From positions 136,473 through 200,472 of the forward strand of contig NMRA01000693.1 in the NCBI GenBank assembly GCA_002633005.1: a stretch of DNA of 64,000 bases, in the 5' to 3' direction. The notes below the pieces were generated by a model, which ran no database searches, had not been told where the DNA came from, and saw only the letters and a list, made by a program, of their open reading frames with translations. The position numbers and the translations under genes are program-made. Shown in pieces: positions 49,936 through 63,663 of the stretch (its first letter is position 1; every line of letters starts with the position of its first letter). This DNA is from Phoronis australis (Eukaryota; Animalia; Phoronida).

Positions 49936-50426
49936 ATTCCGGTGACTGTAGTGCGCAGATGACAAGTGACAACCATACAGCGATCCACTTGGATATCAAC
50001 TCACGTGGCAATAATACAGACGTACGCGCGTGCAATCTTCACATGTTGTAGAGGTAGCATCATATATAGATTAAATTTATGGTTACAGTCCCATGGCACG
50101 AGTAGATAGATATGTGCGCGCATTAGCTGTAAAGTTCTGAGTCAGAGAGCAATTAATTAGTTGTTAGAGGAGATAAATGTTTGGAAGACTAATTCAAGCA
50201 TATACATGTAGACATAGAGGCTGAAAATCTTCAATGCCCGAAGTTGTTTAAACAAGTATTTTGGTACTATTCAAGCAACTCTGTAATGTACCGGTAAATG
50301 TACTTGCCATGACGTTTACGTATTAATCAATCATGCAACATTTCAGGAGACGTGTGAATTCTAATCATGAGATAGCAGTAATATCGTCATTAATACGAAA
50401 CAACTAAATGGATTCTAAGGCCTAAG

Positions 50427-50558
50427 TATACGTTTGGCTCTCACAAACAGCATCGGTTGTTTAGAATTAGACTTCATAACAGCCAAAATTCGTATGTTTG
50501 GCTCTCACAAACAGCATCGAGTGTTTAGAATTAGGCTGCATAACAGCAAAAATTCGTA
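50427..50558. repeat. ~66-bp direct tandem duplication upstream of the ankyrin gene
   Basis: gtttggctctcacaaacagcatcg..tgtttagaattag..cataacagc.aaaattcgta twice. Confidence 0.85.
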
Positions 50559-50658
50559 AACTATAAAATGCTTAGTTATTGTGAATCATGAATGGACACG
50601 CATTTACTCGAACCTCGGCCTAAAGACACAAATTCCAGGGTCCACATTCTAACAAAAC

Positions 50659-52821
50659 ATGTTGAGGACTGCTCCCACCAATATGTCCACAGCCGAGCGA
50701 AATCTCAGTTGTGACGAACTTGTGGAGGCTGTAGAAGAAGGTGATTTAGCAAGAACTCAACAGATTTTAAACAAAGACGATAGAGAAACTTCAGAGTTGT
50801 GCACTAGCAAGGGTTCTCAATGGTATTCGGCGTTGCATACGGCTGCAACGACAGGTGATGGAGACGTGCTCCAGCTACTGCTTGCGAAGGGAGCAGATGC
50901 TAATTCCAAGAATTCATGGAGAAATGAATCACCTCTTCATTTTGCAGCCATGAAAGGTAAATCTAGCCCTTAAGTACGCCTATCAGTCACTGCAGGCGTT
51001 ATGTTGTGGAGCACTGACTAATCAAGGCACGTAATTAGATGAATTTTCCAAAGAGTGTACTTATCTAATGCTAGATAACTCAGTGCAGAGTTCTATTAAT
51101 TAAGGAGACGACAACGCCTTCCTATTTTCGGACAGATTTTGATATTTTAGGTGACCATTTAAAGATATTCTTTTTACATCTACATCTCTATCTGCCGAAC
51201 CACAAAGGATCATTGTGAAAATTGACGGCTGTATTCCTGATGCGAAGATCCCGGCTGACGTTGATTTCCAGATGTTTTCCACTATTTTGGTGACAATTTT
51301 TTTTTTTGCTTTCACGGCTGTATCTTCTTAACCCTATGAAGGATCTTTGCGCAATTTAGCAACAGATGACGATACTTTTCGACCAATAGCTGTGCCTCCC
51401 AGTAATAATTGTTTTTACGGTTACCATTAAATCTTAGGAGTGCCTAGGCTTATTTTCATGAAATTTGGCAAGTAGTTATGTATTACAGAAACGGCGCCTC
51501 CTTCTCAGTTCGGACGGGGTTGGAGCATTCTGTCCCATCTAATGCCTATTTTGTAATACTAAAAACACCATAAAAGCAAACCGCTTGTGGTGCTGTCGTG
51601 GGCGCATTTCAAGGTTCTGCGTAGTTCCTGTTACGTTTGTTAATCGTGATTTGATTTATAAGAAGATATCAGTAGTTCGAGTGTGAAAAGGCTTAGAGCA
51701 CCTTAACACTTGTCGTACTCCAATGGGAATATATTTTCACCGAAGCCGTCAGAGTCGTACCTACCAAAATCCGAATTCAATTTACAAACTAAATCATCTG
51801 CGTTACAGTACGCGGTCTCCTCAGCAGCCCCCAATCACAACAATTCCTCACATATAATGGCTTGTGCATGTCTGTGAAGAGTTTCCTTAATTGTTTGTTG
51901 TTCATTTGTTGGTCAACGTATTGTTGTTTTATTTTCAGTCAGAATGTATATGAACATGATCATACCAATGAATTGCACTACTGCTGTTGCTAGCGGTGGT
52001 GCTGCTGCTACTGTTGCTGGTGGTGATGCTGTTGCTCCTGGTTGTGCTGCCTGTGGTGGTGGGGCTGCTTCTGTGGCTGGTGGTGGTATTATTGGTGGTA
52101 TTGGTGTTACTGGTGGTAGTGGTGCTGCCCGTGGTAGAGTTGGTGGTGGTGCTGCTGTTGCTGCTTCTACTGCAATAGAACTTTTATTTATTTAGCTGGC
52201 AAATTGAATCTGTAAGTGTTACAGTACCGGTAACGGTAAGATTTTAGGTTCTATTTCCTGTCACATGGTGTTATTAAACCACATGTTGTAGGGCATTTGA
52301 ACGTTGCTGCAATTCTAACATCTCACGGAGTGGACATCAATGCGAAAAACATTTCCGGTTGGACGCCTCTGCATTATGCAACAAACGGGGGTCATATCAA
52401 CATGGCGAGTCTTCTTATTGCTTGTGGAGCCAACGTAGACACTAAGGACTGTAACATGGAACGACCACTACACTTAGCGGTTGCGAATGGCCACGAAGCC
52501 TTGGTGGAGCTACTTCTTGAGAACCGGGCTCTTGTAAACCCTCGAGATCGTGACGGTAACACACCACTTCATTATGCTGTTGAAGCTCACAACGCTATCA
52601 TCAGCAAATACTTGTTGACACACGGTGCTAGACCAATGTCAAGAAACGAGAAAGGGGTGTCATGCATCGAGCTAGCAGAAACGAACAATTATTTCAGCGA
52701 AGTCATGGCGACACATGTCGAACCGGAAGTCAGATCGCCTAGCGCCGTGTCAATGGAGAGTCACGTGACATTACAGCTCCGGAAACCACTGAAGCTAAGT
52801 TCGAAAAAAAATAAACTTTGA
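50659..52821 (+). CDS. Ankyrin-repeat protein, ~275 aa; exons 50659-50956 and 52292-52821
   Basis: SALHTAA, SPLHFAAMKG|HLNVAAIL, GWTPLHYA, RPLHLAV, GNTPLHYAV ankyrin motifs; phase-1 intron G|gtaaat...ttgtag|GG joins one repeat. Confidence 0.88.
51975..52175. repeat. GGT/GCT/GTT trinucleotide low-complexity tract in the ankyrin gene intron
   Basis: Direct inspection. Confidence 0.9.
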
Positions 52822-53212
52822 AAGTTCACTGATATAACAATTATCAGTTGGAGATGTATGCTCAGGGATACAAGAGTCGCACCAAGTCACTGGAGACAAT
52901 ATTATTATGCTAACACAATGTTAATAATCAGATATGTACTGCATTAAGTATCATTACAATGAATTCGTTTGTGATAAAGTTACTATTTGACTGATATGAC
53001 TGATATATGTGGAAGTAAACATAGTTTGAAGGATTTGATCTACATAGCAAACTAAGAGAGTGCTTGCAATCATTTGTTCAGGCAACAGTTAGTTGAAAAC
53101 ACGTACCGTTTTTGCGAATAGGCCCTACATACACGGGATGAAAACGATTCCGACCAGCGCCAAGCCGGCACAAAATCCGCGGTGCTAATTCTATAATGCA
53201 CCTCTAAACTGC

Positions 53213-53250
53213 AAACACACACAAACGCACGCACACGCACACGCGCACAC
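53213..53250. repeat. Imperfect (CA/CG)n microsatellite
   Basis: acacacacaaacgcacgcacacgcacacgcgcacac. Confidence 0.8.
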
Positions 53251-56049
53251 AGTTGCCCCAGTGGCGCCCTTTCTTGTCTGTGATCCTGTCAGAAGTCAGT
53301 TGTTAACGCAGTAAACTGCATGGGACGTCGGCAAAGCGGGTTGGGATTCCGTTCACAAATCTCAGGTCTGCAAGCCCACATAACTTTAGAGGTCTCATGA
53401 AGTGACCACAAGGTCAAGACTGATCTACATGTGTTTGCTTCATTGGACATGACAACTACCAATTTGTATCGTTTTGATGCGCAAAAATTAGACATATTTT
53501 GTCCCACAATGGTTTTACGTGGAATCCCGACTACGGTCTGTAAATACACTGCGTAAGACCATGCAAAAACACACTAGAATAAAAGGCGAGCATTCCCCCA
53601 CCTTAATAGTGTATAATAACTTTGAAAAAGTAGTTGTCGATTCATGCAGGAAACGTCATTGTAAATCGACTTAAATCTCGTTTGTTGGACAGATTTAAGT
53701 GAATTTGCAGAGTACTGGAGTGTACTAGAAAAATGACCGCAAATGAAATGAGTGGCCACGAGGATGGAATATTGAATTATGGGATAAAATTGTGTATTTC
53801 CCAGTGTTACTGATTGACGGATACGCCACATTCATCAAAAGATCGTGAGATCCCGATGATCTTCAACTTTCACTAAAAACAAATAATGTACCCCTACGTT
53901 TATAGCCAACAGGTAGGCTAGATCACGACACTGAGATAATCCAAAAATTTCATATTGTCAAAAATCCATAAGCGAAGATTTCTCTCTGCAAGAACCTATA
54001 ACGAATGTCTTACGTCTACTTTTATTTGGTTCAGGGATGAGCTCCGTAGACGCAGGAATTGCATAGGATTAGTTAACGTGACCGTGTACTTCACTTGCAA
54101 TGCATGGCCATATCTTACAAAATCTTATGTAGTGATCTTGCGTCTTCAAGATGTAACCGATTCGTAGACGCGAAAATCTCACGAAAACACAAGATAACGG
54201 AAAGATATCACCATGTAATACAAGCCAAACATCTGGTCACACTAGCTGTTGCGCAAGATTCCTGGACCTTAAACAGGGCTCTCCAGGATTACACAGCAAC
54301 ACACGAAACCCGATGCATTTACCCACAGTCCCGTAAACCATCAGGCCCATTTGCTGCCTCGAGTTTCACACGTTATTTTTTGATTCTTTACAAGTTTTTC
54401 TCGGTTGCGTTACTCTATTGGTCATTCCAATGCCAACGATCAACTAGCACTGTAACAGTTGTGCTCTGTGCTGCAATTACTCCGACGTGAACAAGTTTGA
54501 TAAACTGGAAAAATACCCGTGGATGTTTGATTTACAATTCTTCGCCTTCGCGACACCAATGTAATGAGTCAGATATGAAAATGTGTATGATTTCCAAGAA
54601 GAGGTCACACGCTTTCTTATCTCCCGAACAAATTCAGGCAGACTTCTATTGGGCAGTACGGTCTCCTTGGTGTTTCCTGAAGGGGTCGTGAAGGAGGGGT
54701 TCTCGCTTTGATTATTCGAAATCGAATCCGGGAGTCATTTGCCATAGTTCCGCTAAATTATAGACAGTGGCACGAGGAATGTACTTATGCCGGTGGTTTT
54801 AAAAATATTGAGACACTGAAAAAATACAGCACCTGTTATTTTCAAATTCATCTATCGAGTTAAAATGTACCCGATAAAGACGCCACTGATAAGTATCATT
54901 TCCGTCCCCAACTGTTTCTACCGAATATTGCGCAAGGTGTAGGACTCTAGCTGGTACATTAAGGTGTGTATCAAAGCGATCAACATCAAGAAATATCGGG
55001 GTGAGTAGCAATTACACCAAAACACTCGCTAAATGGTTACTTTTTGATTTCTACAAGGTTTCGTATACTATGTCTTATTTGCTTCATTATTGAAATTACA
55101 GTGTACATTGTCCGGTTGTCAGTTTGCTCGAAGTGTAGCCATCACTCGTAAAAATAATTTTATAGTGATTTATGATAAAAACTGAGTGCTGCACATGTAT
55201 TATGTATTTGAAACATGGCGAATGTGATAAATGTAATATGCAACAAAATTTGCAATCGCCTTCCTGAACTGCACCACACATTCACCACACAACGATGAAA
55301 TAAAACAAGGGTTGAGTAGCATAGACGTCAACTTGAACTTACAGCGAAATATCTTTGAAATGCTTAAAGGAAACGGTGAATTCAATCCCATGGTTTAACA
55401 TCTCAACGTACCTGACCGACCAATCATTATCATAATGGGCGCAATTTTGCCAGAACAAGCTAGTAAGCTACCGTGTGTACTCGCGGACTTGCTTTTCAGT
55501 GGGGGTGATTTTGTGAAGTCTTTTGAGGTATTGCTTTCTTTAAAAGAAACTATTAGTCTACGGATCGCTCTCCAGTTTAGTAAAAATAAATTGTTCTGTT
55601 GTGCCGGGATTTGGGCAAATAGCTAAGTCTAATTATATTCCCAAGTCAAGTTTCTCGGTTTCCCAGAAAGAAAGTTTCCCTTTTGTATAGATTTGAAATT
55701 TACCATCAGTTAGTACAGAATGGAGTACATGTACGTTGAGCAAGCATTTAACTGAAACGTGGGTTGAAGCGGAGATGATTAATTTTATTCGTTCGAGGTT
55801 TTAATCGTCACCATAAAATACTCTTTTGACGACAAGAGCTTTTTACAGACAAACTGAAAAAGCAAGTAATAAAAATAAATGAATAGAGACCAACATGTGT
55901 TATACTGGATTATGACGTTTTGGGTTGCGTTGCTTCTACCATGGACGTGGTATGTCGATGCACTGGTACGCAAAACGCAGATGATTACGTCATACTTGCT
56001 ATTTAACAGTTACCAATTTATTAAGACGCGCACAAAAATATAATACAAT

Positions 56050-56760
56050 AAAATTTAGCTCGTAAACCGCAATGAGCATTATATTTGGGCTTTAGACAAT
56101 AAACACACAATATTAAATGGAAATATTAAAGTCCTATCATTATACATGTACAAATGAAAAAGAAAACTGACATTGACTCACAATACATAGTGCAATGCAT
56201 ACCAGTAGACTGTTCAAAACAAATGATGCGACCGATTGAAGCACCATAAGATTGGTTTCTACATTGAATTTATTTGAACCATCAATAAGGATATTGGCAT
56301 TGTCTATTAAACTATGGGATTCATTAAGTATAACGGACACATCAGCGTTACTTTCGATGATCTGGACGAGTCCCTGTCGTTGTTGAAACTTATTTGGACA
56401 GTCCAACAGAAAGTGAATTTTAGCTTCAACTTGCCCACAATTGCACAACGGAGAGACGTCTCTGAAGTTATGTGGAAAATTTCATCAGAATTAATTAAAC
56501 TTCCAGAACCCAATCTATTGAGAGATATCTTGTGAGCGCTAGGAGAACTCACGTTTTTTTCACATATAATTGTGCGCTCGTAATTTTAGCAAGTACGCGT
56601 TAGTACCAATCCACGATACCACCAGCCATTAATTAATACACAATTGATATTTTTGTGGTGCTAACGGTTTGTTATTTAAATGTATTACCCGCGACAATCG
56701 TTTTGAACCTATAGTTTTTGCTATGTCATATGTCATCTGGGAGCTCTGTTAAGAGTAAAA
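56050..56760 (-). mobile_element. Decayed 3' end of a CR1/L2-like LINE
   Basis: CNCGQVEAKIHFLLDCPNKFQQR zinc knuckle and a GSNKFNVETNLMVLQSVASFV terminus; similar in pattern to 61100-61360 on the opposite strand. Confidence 0.7.
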
Positions 56761-57109
56761 TAATGAAATTTTGCCTAAATATTGAACAAACATGGTAATT
56801 TAAACAAATAAAATTAAAGCATTGTTAGACAACCTGCCGGTTATACATTTTACCCCACCTAAATATGTACATGTACTAAAGCAGACCACTTTCAAATGCC
56901 TGGAATGGTTTGGGCAGGAAGTACATACTTTGCACCTAAGATTTACCTTCTAAGCACTTCATAACATGCGCAAAATACGAATCTAAAATTACGAGCGTAA
57001 AATTATTAACGTAAAATTACGAAAACTACGAGCGTAAACTTACGAGCAAACTACTGCTTCAGAGCTCATGTAACCTACAGACCAATTTCTTAATGGATGT
57101 AATGATTAC

Positions 57110-57650
57110 GGTCACAAAACAAGCGCGAAGTGACAAGAAGTAGATAAACAAAGAAATGCAACTGCTGAATGACGAGATCGACAAGTTATCAGTAAGTCTT
57201 GACAAATCAGTGCAATACTCGCGACGTAACAACATAGTTGTCCACGGAGTCAAAGAACCTGTAAATGAAAAACCTAGAGTTACTGATAACATTGTGATTG
57301 ACTTGTGACGCAAACTGGATCTTGAAGTTAACTCCCAGCAAATCAGTTGATCCCAAAGACTAGGGCCTAAACTACGCAAACAAGGAGCTGGTGATTCGTG
57401 TAAACATCGTCTTATCATAGTATAAATTTGTATTATACAATGTCAGAGCTGCTTTCATTCACAACAGGAGTCAACTACCCAAACTGAACTTACCAACTCC
57501 GATTTACATCAATGAAAATCTCACGAAACCACGGTCCCTTCCCTGCGCCCGCTGTCGTGGCCTAGTACAAAAACCATCGCTAAAACATGGACGCACGACG
57601 GTAACGTAATGATACAGCTGCATGATAACATGATCCAACAGGTTCCTCAG
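57110..57650 (+). mobile_element. Decayed CR1/L2-type ORF1 (coiled coil + RRM-like)
   Basis: QYSRRNNIVVHGVKE, RLG, IYINENLTK and TWTHDGNVMI motifs, with stops and frameshifts. Confidence 0.75.
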
Positions 57651-57749
57651 AGAGTGACCTCTAGTGTTAGACATGATCTACTTTATGTAATATCAGTTCA
57701 CGCTCAATTTATCTTTCTACACGTGGTGCTGTACTCTATCCACTTCCGC

Positions 57750-59410
57750 AGTGATCACAACACCTTATACTGCCCAGAAATGTAAGGAAGTCTTTTTTAC
57801 ATTTATTACAAAAAAGAGGTATATGATATACAAATATACACAACACAACAAGTTACAGAACTGTGCAAAACAAAAAAGAAAGCATTTGATTGTTACATCC
57901 AAGTTATATGCGTTTAAAAATTTCGAATTGAATTTGTGTTCTGGCATCTGGCCAATTGTCTGGCTCCCTTCATGTTTCAAAAACACATTTCCAATCCTCC
58001 CATTTGTTTGTATCATTAAATTTCCGTGTGTTTAAAGAGGTACTGACTTCTACAATAAAGCACACCCTCAAAAATTTTAAGATATATTAAATTAGGTTTG
58101 ACGATAGCAAATTTCATTTTAGAATGAAAATTTTAGTTTGTAAAAACAACCAGTTCAAAATTCTATTTTGATCATTTTGAAGACCAAAATAATTGTGGTT
58201 TTGTGTATTTCACAATTTACTTACATTGCAGTCATTAATCAGAGACGCACCCCATGCCAGAAAGAGTCACATTCAATGAGTAAATGTTCTAAAGTCTCGG
58301 GAAAGTATTTACAAAAAGTACAAACATTTGAGTGGTAAGAATTACGATATCCCTTTTTTGTCAAAATAATATTTTTTAGAAAAAAGGTAAATGTGGTCCA
58401 TATACCTTTTTAGAATTAAATTGTTGTAAAACGTTTCCAAATAATTTTGATTGCGCTAACAATTGAATAGTATTTGAGAAAGCTGGCAATAATCTGCTGA
58501 ATCGTCTGGAAACTTTCAAAGGTGTAAAAGTTAGCCTTCCAATCTAAAAAATCGTTCACAAATATTATACCTTTTTCAACGAATGACAAAAATACAAGGA
58601 CTGTAATCCACCATAATATTACTGTAGGCCCACACATTAATTGACGCCGCATCTTCGTGTCCTGAAATTGTTTGTGAACTAACAAGCTAAAATACTGGAA
58701 GCATTCTTTACGAATAGAGTTACAGTTATCTAATCTAGTTACCTTATAGCCTCCATAGCGCAGCATTCAAGTCCTAGTAAGCCCGAAATCTTTTTGCAAG
58801 AAATACGTCCATAGAGATTTTGAATCTTCTGATCTATGAAATTTTTAAAGACATTATTTGTTTCTGACATCAATCATCTTCACTCCACCCTTTTCTATGG
58901 ATTTAATGAGTACCCCTCTTTTCATTTTATCAGGTTTGCCAACCCAAATAAAATTAAAAGACAAAGTTTTAAAATCGCCAATGGTATAGTATTATCATTG
59001 GGACTTGGAAGCAACGTTAGCAGATGTATAAATTTTGGAAGCACAAGTTATTTAATACTGTGCCCTTTCCAAAGATAGACGAGACCATATGTTAATCAGA
59101 CTCTTCATTTCCATTATTTGTGCATGGAAGTTTTCTTTGTGACGGTTTCCAAGTTCCCATTGAAATTAATACCCATAAGCTTAAAATCAACATCACATCA
59201 TTTTAGTTTAAAACACGTGCGGTGAGAGAATTTTCTACTTCTAACCTACACTACTTTTTCTTAGAACAATTTATCTTCAGCCACGACATTACTGCATAGA
59301 CCTCTCAGTTGTTCATTAGTGCTGCCAGGGATCTTGGAGTTTCGTCTAATGTGAAAGTGGTGTCGTCTGCGCATTGTGTTATAACGTAGTCTTCGTTGTT
59401 CAAAAGTCAC
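57750..59410 (-). mobile_element. Decayed L1/Tx1-clade reverse transcriptase fragment
   Basis: Minus strand at ~59270-59385 reads ITQCADDTTFTL...SWLKINCSK (YADD..SGLKIN motif); YGGYKV motif near 58760. Confidence 0.7.
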
Positions 59411-59479
59411 ATAACACCAACTGATGTAGGTAATTTTCCCTTTCTACATGAACGCTGACTCAATGAACAGTCGGACATC

Positions 59480-61370
59480 TTAGCTAATCAAACAGATGTC
59501 CGGAAGTATCTCCATGACATTGACCCCATTAAGAATACAGGCACAGCTTTTATCACCAGCAGGATGATCAAAATGATTGCCAACGAAATTACCATGCCTT
59601 TAACCTAGCAAACTTCTTCAGATAGGTATGTATCCGTCTTCATGGAAACATGGAATTATGGTCCCTATACACAAAAGGCTCTAAAACTGAAATTTCAAAT
59701 TATCGTCCAATAACATTATTTAACACCCTATCCAAAATCTTTGAGAAAAACATTGCTCAAAATATCCTTACATTTTTCAAACTAAACAACTTGATTTATC
59801 ATTGTCAATTTGTTCTTTAACCTGGGAACAACACTGTGGCACATCTTTTGGGAATAGTATATGGGATTAAGTTACATTTTGAGAATAGCGAGAGTGTCAG
59901 GTCCTTTTTTCTAGATATAGTGTCTGCTTTCGACTGTGTCCCTCATGACCATCTGCTCCACGAACTTCGATCGTGTGGCATTGCTTCAAATCTTTTAAAT
60001 ATGATCACATTATCTCCTGATCGTACATACGGTGTTCGTGTCGATGATGTTTTTTCAACACCATCTCCTCCTCGTCTTGTAAACGCAGGTGAACCGCAGT
60101 GTAGAGTATTAGGCCCTCTTCTCTACTTGGTTTATGTTAATGACCTTGCTGATAGTATGTCCTGTAGCACATACCTTTATGCACATGACATGGCGCTTTT
60201 TTACCCCTTCGCAGGGAGCAGCCCTGAGAGATTTTTACAAGTACAAGACGACTTGAATAAACTCAGCTATTGGCCACAAGAATGGAGAATGAATTTTTAA
60301 CCAGAAAAAGCGTTGACCTCACCTTCTCCAAATCTAATAATTCTCTCTTCTTTGTTAACCCATCTTAATGATGAAATCATTCATAGAAAACAGTCGCACA
60401 GACACCTTGGTATACTGTATGATGCAAAACTCTCGTTCACACCTCAGAAAAACATACAAAAACCTGCAAAACTCAGAAACTTATTAATCCACTTATGCTT
60501 GTCTCCCATCATCTAAATTCTGCACATTTAGAAGTTTTGTTCAAATCTGTTATGCTTCCATACAACTATTATTGTGGCAGTATATATCAGTCTTCCAACA
60601 CTGATGCGCTTCACCATTTGGAGAAATTACAGTATCAAGATGCCTTACTCATAACTGGAGCTTACATGGGATCTAATAGTGTTAAGGATTTGAAAAATCT
60701 CAAGTGGCCCAAACTGTCTACTTGACGCAAACTTGACATGCCCATATTTATTTTCAAAGTAATAAACAATGTCAACAATGTCTCTGTCGAAAAGTTATCT
60801 CATCTTTATACTTGACAAGGCCATCGTACTGGTTTGAGATATGCAATTCCTTCGTCGTTCAGTCAAGCAATCCATTCAGAAGGTCTACAGTTATGATGTG
60901 GACCAAAAACTGTAATTCTTTTCCAGTCTCTGATAAAGAAAGCAAATATTTTACGAGTACAAAAATAGTTTTATGACTGTTTTTCATAATTTTGACAACT
61001 CATTAGACCTGATACAACTCTCGCTTCCCCTCGAAAACAAAATAGTATTGTACCGATCGATATGTGTTCTTTTCCTCAACAACGACAAATTTAAGCACAA
61101 CTTTAGTGATGTGTCTCCAAACTGTAAATGTTGTTACCACTAATTTTATCCCCATGTTTTCCTCAAATGTCCCCTCATGGAATACCCGAGAAACTCACCC
61201 TTTCGCGCACTCAATGAAAGCCAATTTTACTTGTAAATGCTTTCAATTCTAGTATTAACATCCCTACTGAAGTTACATTATTATTAAATGGTAGTCTAAA
61301 CTTTGACCTTGTTCACAATTAATTCCTGATAAGCAATGTTAGAAAATTTTTATGTATCGACTATAAATCT
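59480..61370 (+). mobile_element. Decayed CR1/L2-like LINE ORF2 (reverse transcriptase)
   Basis: PSSWKHGIMVPIHK, NYRPITLFNTLSKIFEK, FLDIVSAFDCVPH, GEPQCRVLGPLLYLVYVND, YAHD (for YADD), C-terminal CKC..HVFLKCP; many stops. Confidence 0.9.
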
Positions 61371-61934
61371 AGTTGCTTCTGATTTCCGTTTTTGTTTTTA
61401 GTATGACTCTCTAAAACCGCTCTGAGGTGGTTGTGTGTTGCTATTAATAAAATCTCTTGGTCTATTTACACCGCCCCCACCCCACCCCTTGCCTGCCGCA
61501 AGCAAAATGAAACAGCAACAAAATATTGAGTTCAGTAACTAGGACCGGTATCGGATGAGGGGGGAGGGCCGAGCTCAGATCTCACAGGAATTGTGTTCCC
61601 GTTTTTTTGTCAAGCGATAGATTTTACTGAACGGAAGGTTCAAATCCCGGCCCCCACAACTTTCGGGCCCCGGTGCACATACAATCGTGCTTTGCCCAAT
61701 TCACCGAGGCAACATGTTAGCTCCCCTTATGGTATCCTAGATCCTCCACTGAATCTTTCGCGATTTTTGTGCTTGGCATTATTTCCTTGTATGTTTTGTG
61801 TATTCTTCAATCAGTACATCGGTCGTAAGAACAATTTGTACGAGCGTCACGCGCGACTCTTTCACTCGAACGGCTCACGATAGTGCACTGATGTGAACGA
61901 GTGCAATGAACACATTTTTAAGATAACCCGCCTC

Positions 61935-62078
61935 CCGTTCAGTAACGCTAGGACCTCGCTAAAAAGCAAGACTTCGCGAGATTTCGTGAGATATGGCCGT
62001 GTATTTTAAATAAGAGCACGTGACTTTGACTAGGTTTTAGCTAGGTCCTAGCGTAGGTCCTAGGGTCTACTGAACGCA
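61935..62078. mobile_element. Small palindromic MITE-like element
   Basis: cgttcagtaacgctaggacct ... aggtcctagggtctactgaacg. Confidence 0.5.
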
Positions 62079-62697
62079 CGCCCGCTTCACTACTAAAAAT
62101 CTGCGATTGTACTATAATCATTGTTTATCAGATAGTTTCGTATTCATGCATTCCACAGCGATGCTTATTGTATTGTACTCGGTGTACCAACAAAGTGGGT
62201 ATGATGCGCCAAAGGGTTCTTATAGGAGTACCTTTCTGAGCGTTGAACTGTGCTTATTTAACGCTAGCCAGCTGTGTGAAGACTATCGTCAAAGCAATTA
62301 TTATACAGCTTTGCATCAAGGCTAATTCAAAGGGTCCTTTCCTTTATGAACTAGCAATATTACTTATTCAACGCTCTAAGATGGTTCTTATACTTATTTC
62401 TTTCTGAACTTATTCCAGCGCTGTATTCAAATCACGTGGTCTGGTCACATCCTAGGTAACACGTAGCCCCTCGGTTGGCCGTTTAGGGGCTAAAATATTT
62501 TCCACCGTTTTCTGTGCGACTTTCGTCCCGTGTGTTTTAAACGGGAGGTAGGCCAAATCAGGTCACCAATTAAGCGTTTTCACCTCGTCAAAAATACATT
62601 CCACACTAAAAACTATCACTTAAAATGCGCTTAATTTCTTCAGTGGTCATTTCTACTTCTACACAAATCTTCGATGAACCTTAGTTACGAGAATTAA

Positions 62698-63663
62698 AGT
62701 GTACGCAACATGACTCTAGTACCTCAAAATAAATTTTATAATTATATCTTACTTGATTTCAGTGCCTTTAGTGCACAGCTCATAAAGAAACACGTAAAAA
62801 TTGAAAAAAAAAAAATAAATATGTACAACGTCATGGGTTGAACCCAAGTCGTTCGGCACACTGTTCGGATCAGCAACTAAGTGTATAGAGTGAAGTGAAA
62901 GTAAAGTATATTTAGCGTCGAGAAGGTTCGTAGAGGGATGAAAAGATGTGTTTGCGGTGGCTGCAGCAACAGCAGTCAGACGGAGAACGTCTCGATGTTC
63001 CGAAGGACGCCAAAGTTGCGCAGTAGTGGCATCGCTTCGTGCGCCGAACGAGAGTGTGGGACCTCAGCGTGGACCAAGCGATTCTGTCCGGAGCCACTTT
63101 GTGTTCTGCCCACTTTGAGGAGTCGTGTTTCGACTCCAATCAGAGGAGATGTTACGATGAAGGCCTGGTTCAATAAAGGACAATATTTACTATTCAGAAA
63201 CATCGGCTATTTACTTTGGATCGTCTGTTGCATGACTGGGTTGACTGGCCGAGCCCGAGGCCGCTTCTCTCGCGGGAGGAACTAGTTCGTAAGGCCTCAA
63301 AGTAGAAAAGTACGCAGCTGAAAACATATCAAACTCGTTCTCGCTTTCGTGCAACCCCATTTCGTCATCCTGGCCACCATTCTCGTACGTTTCTTCATAG
63401 TATTTGTTCATTTCTTGCTCAAAATCGTTGTCGCTTTCAAATTCCCTACTCTCCGCCGTTGTTCAATGCTAGTCTCTGATCTCTTGTGTTCAACCGATGA
63501 TGTCACATGGCGGGAAATGTGAAAATTGGCAAAGTTGAAAGAGAAATCAAAATTTCGAGCTAATGACACAAAATAATCATGGATTTGGCTAAATGTTACG
63601 TCATACATTTAGTCTGTGGCAACCGGTAATTCGAAATGTGCAAAAATCTATGGTGTGTACTGT
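62698..63663. mobile_element. Internally deleted Kolobok-like DNA transposon
   Basis: TTAA duplication (62694-62697, 63664-63667) confirmed by the empty site at 36402; imperfect TIRs agtgtacgcaaca / acagtacacacca; THAP remnant on + and a convergent second ORF remnant on -. Confidence 0.72.
62938..63140 (+). pseudogene. Frameshifted THAP zinc-finger remnant
   Basis: MKRCVCGGCSN..SMF, frameshift, PKDAKVAQ*WHRFVRRTR..TLCSAHFEESCF: C2CH, P, W and F signature residues. Confidence 0.8.

Noticed and set aside
51944-52195. Gly/Ala-rich and poly-Val/Leu ORFs
   Set aside because: Trinucleotide low-complexity tract inside an intron whose flanking exons join in frame without it.
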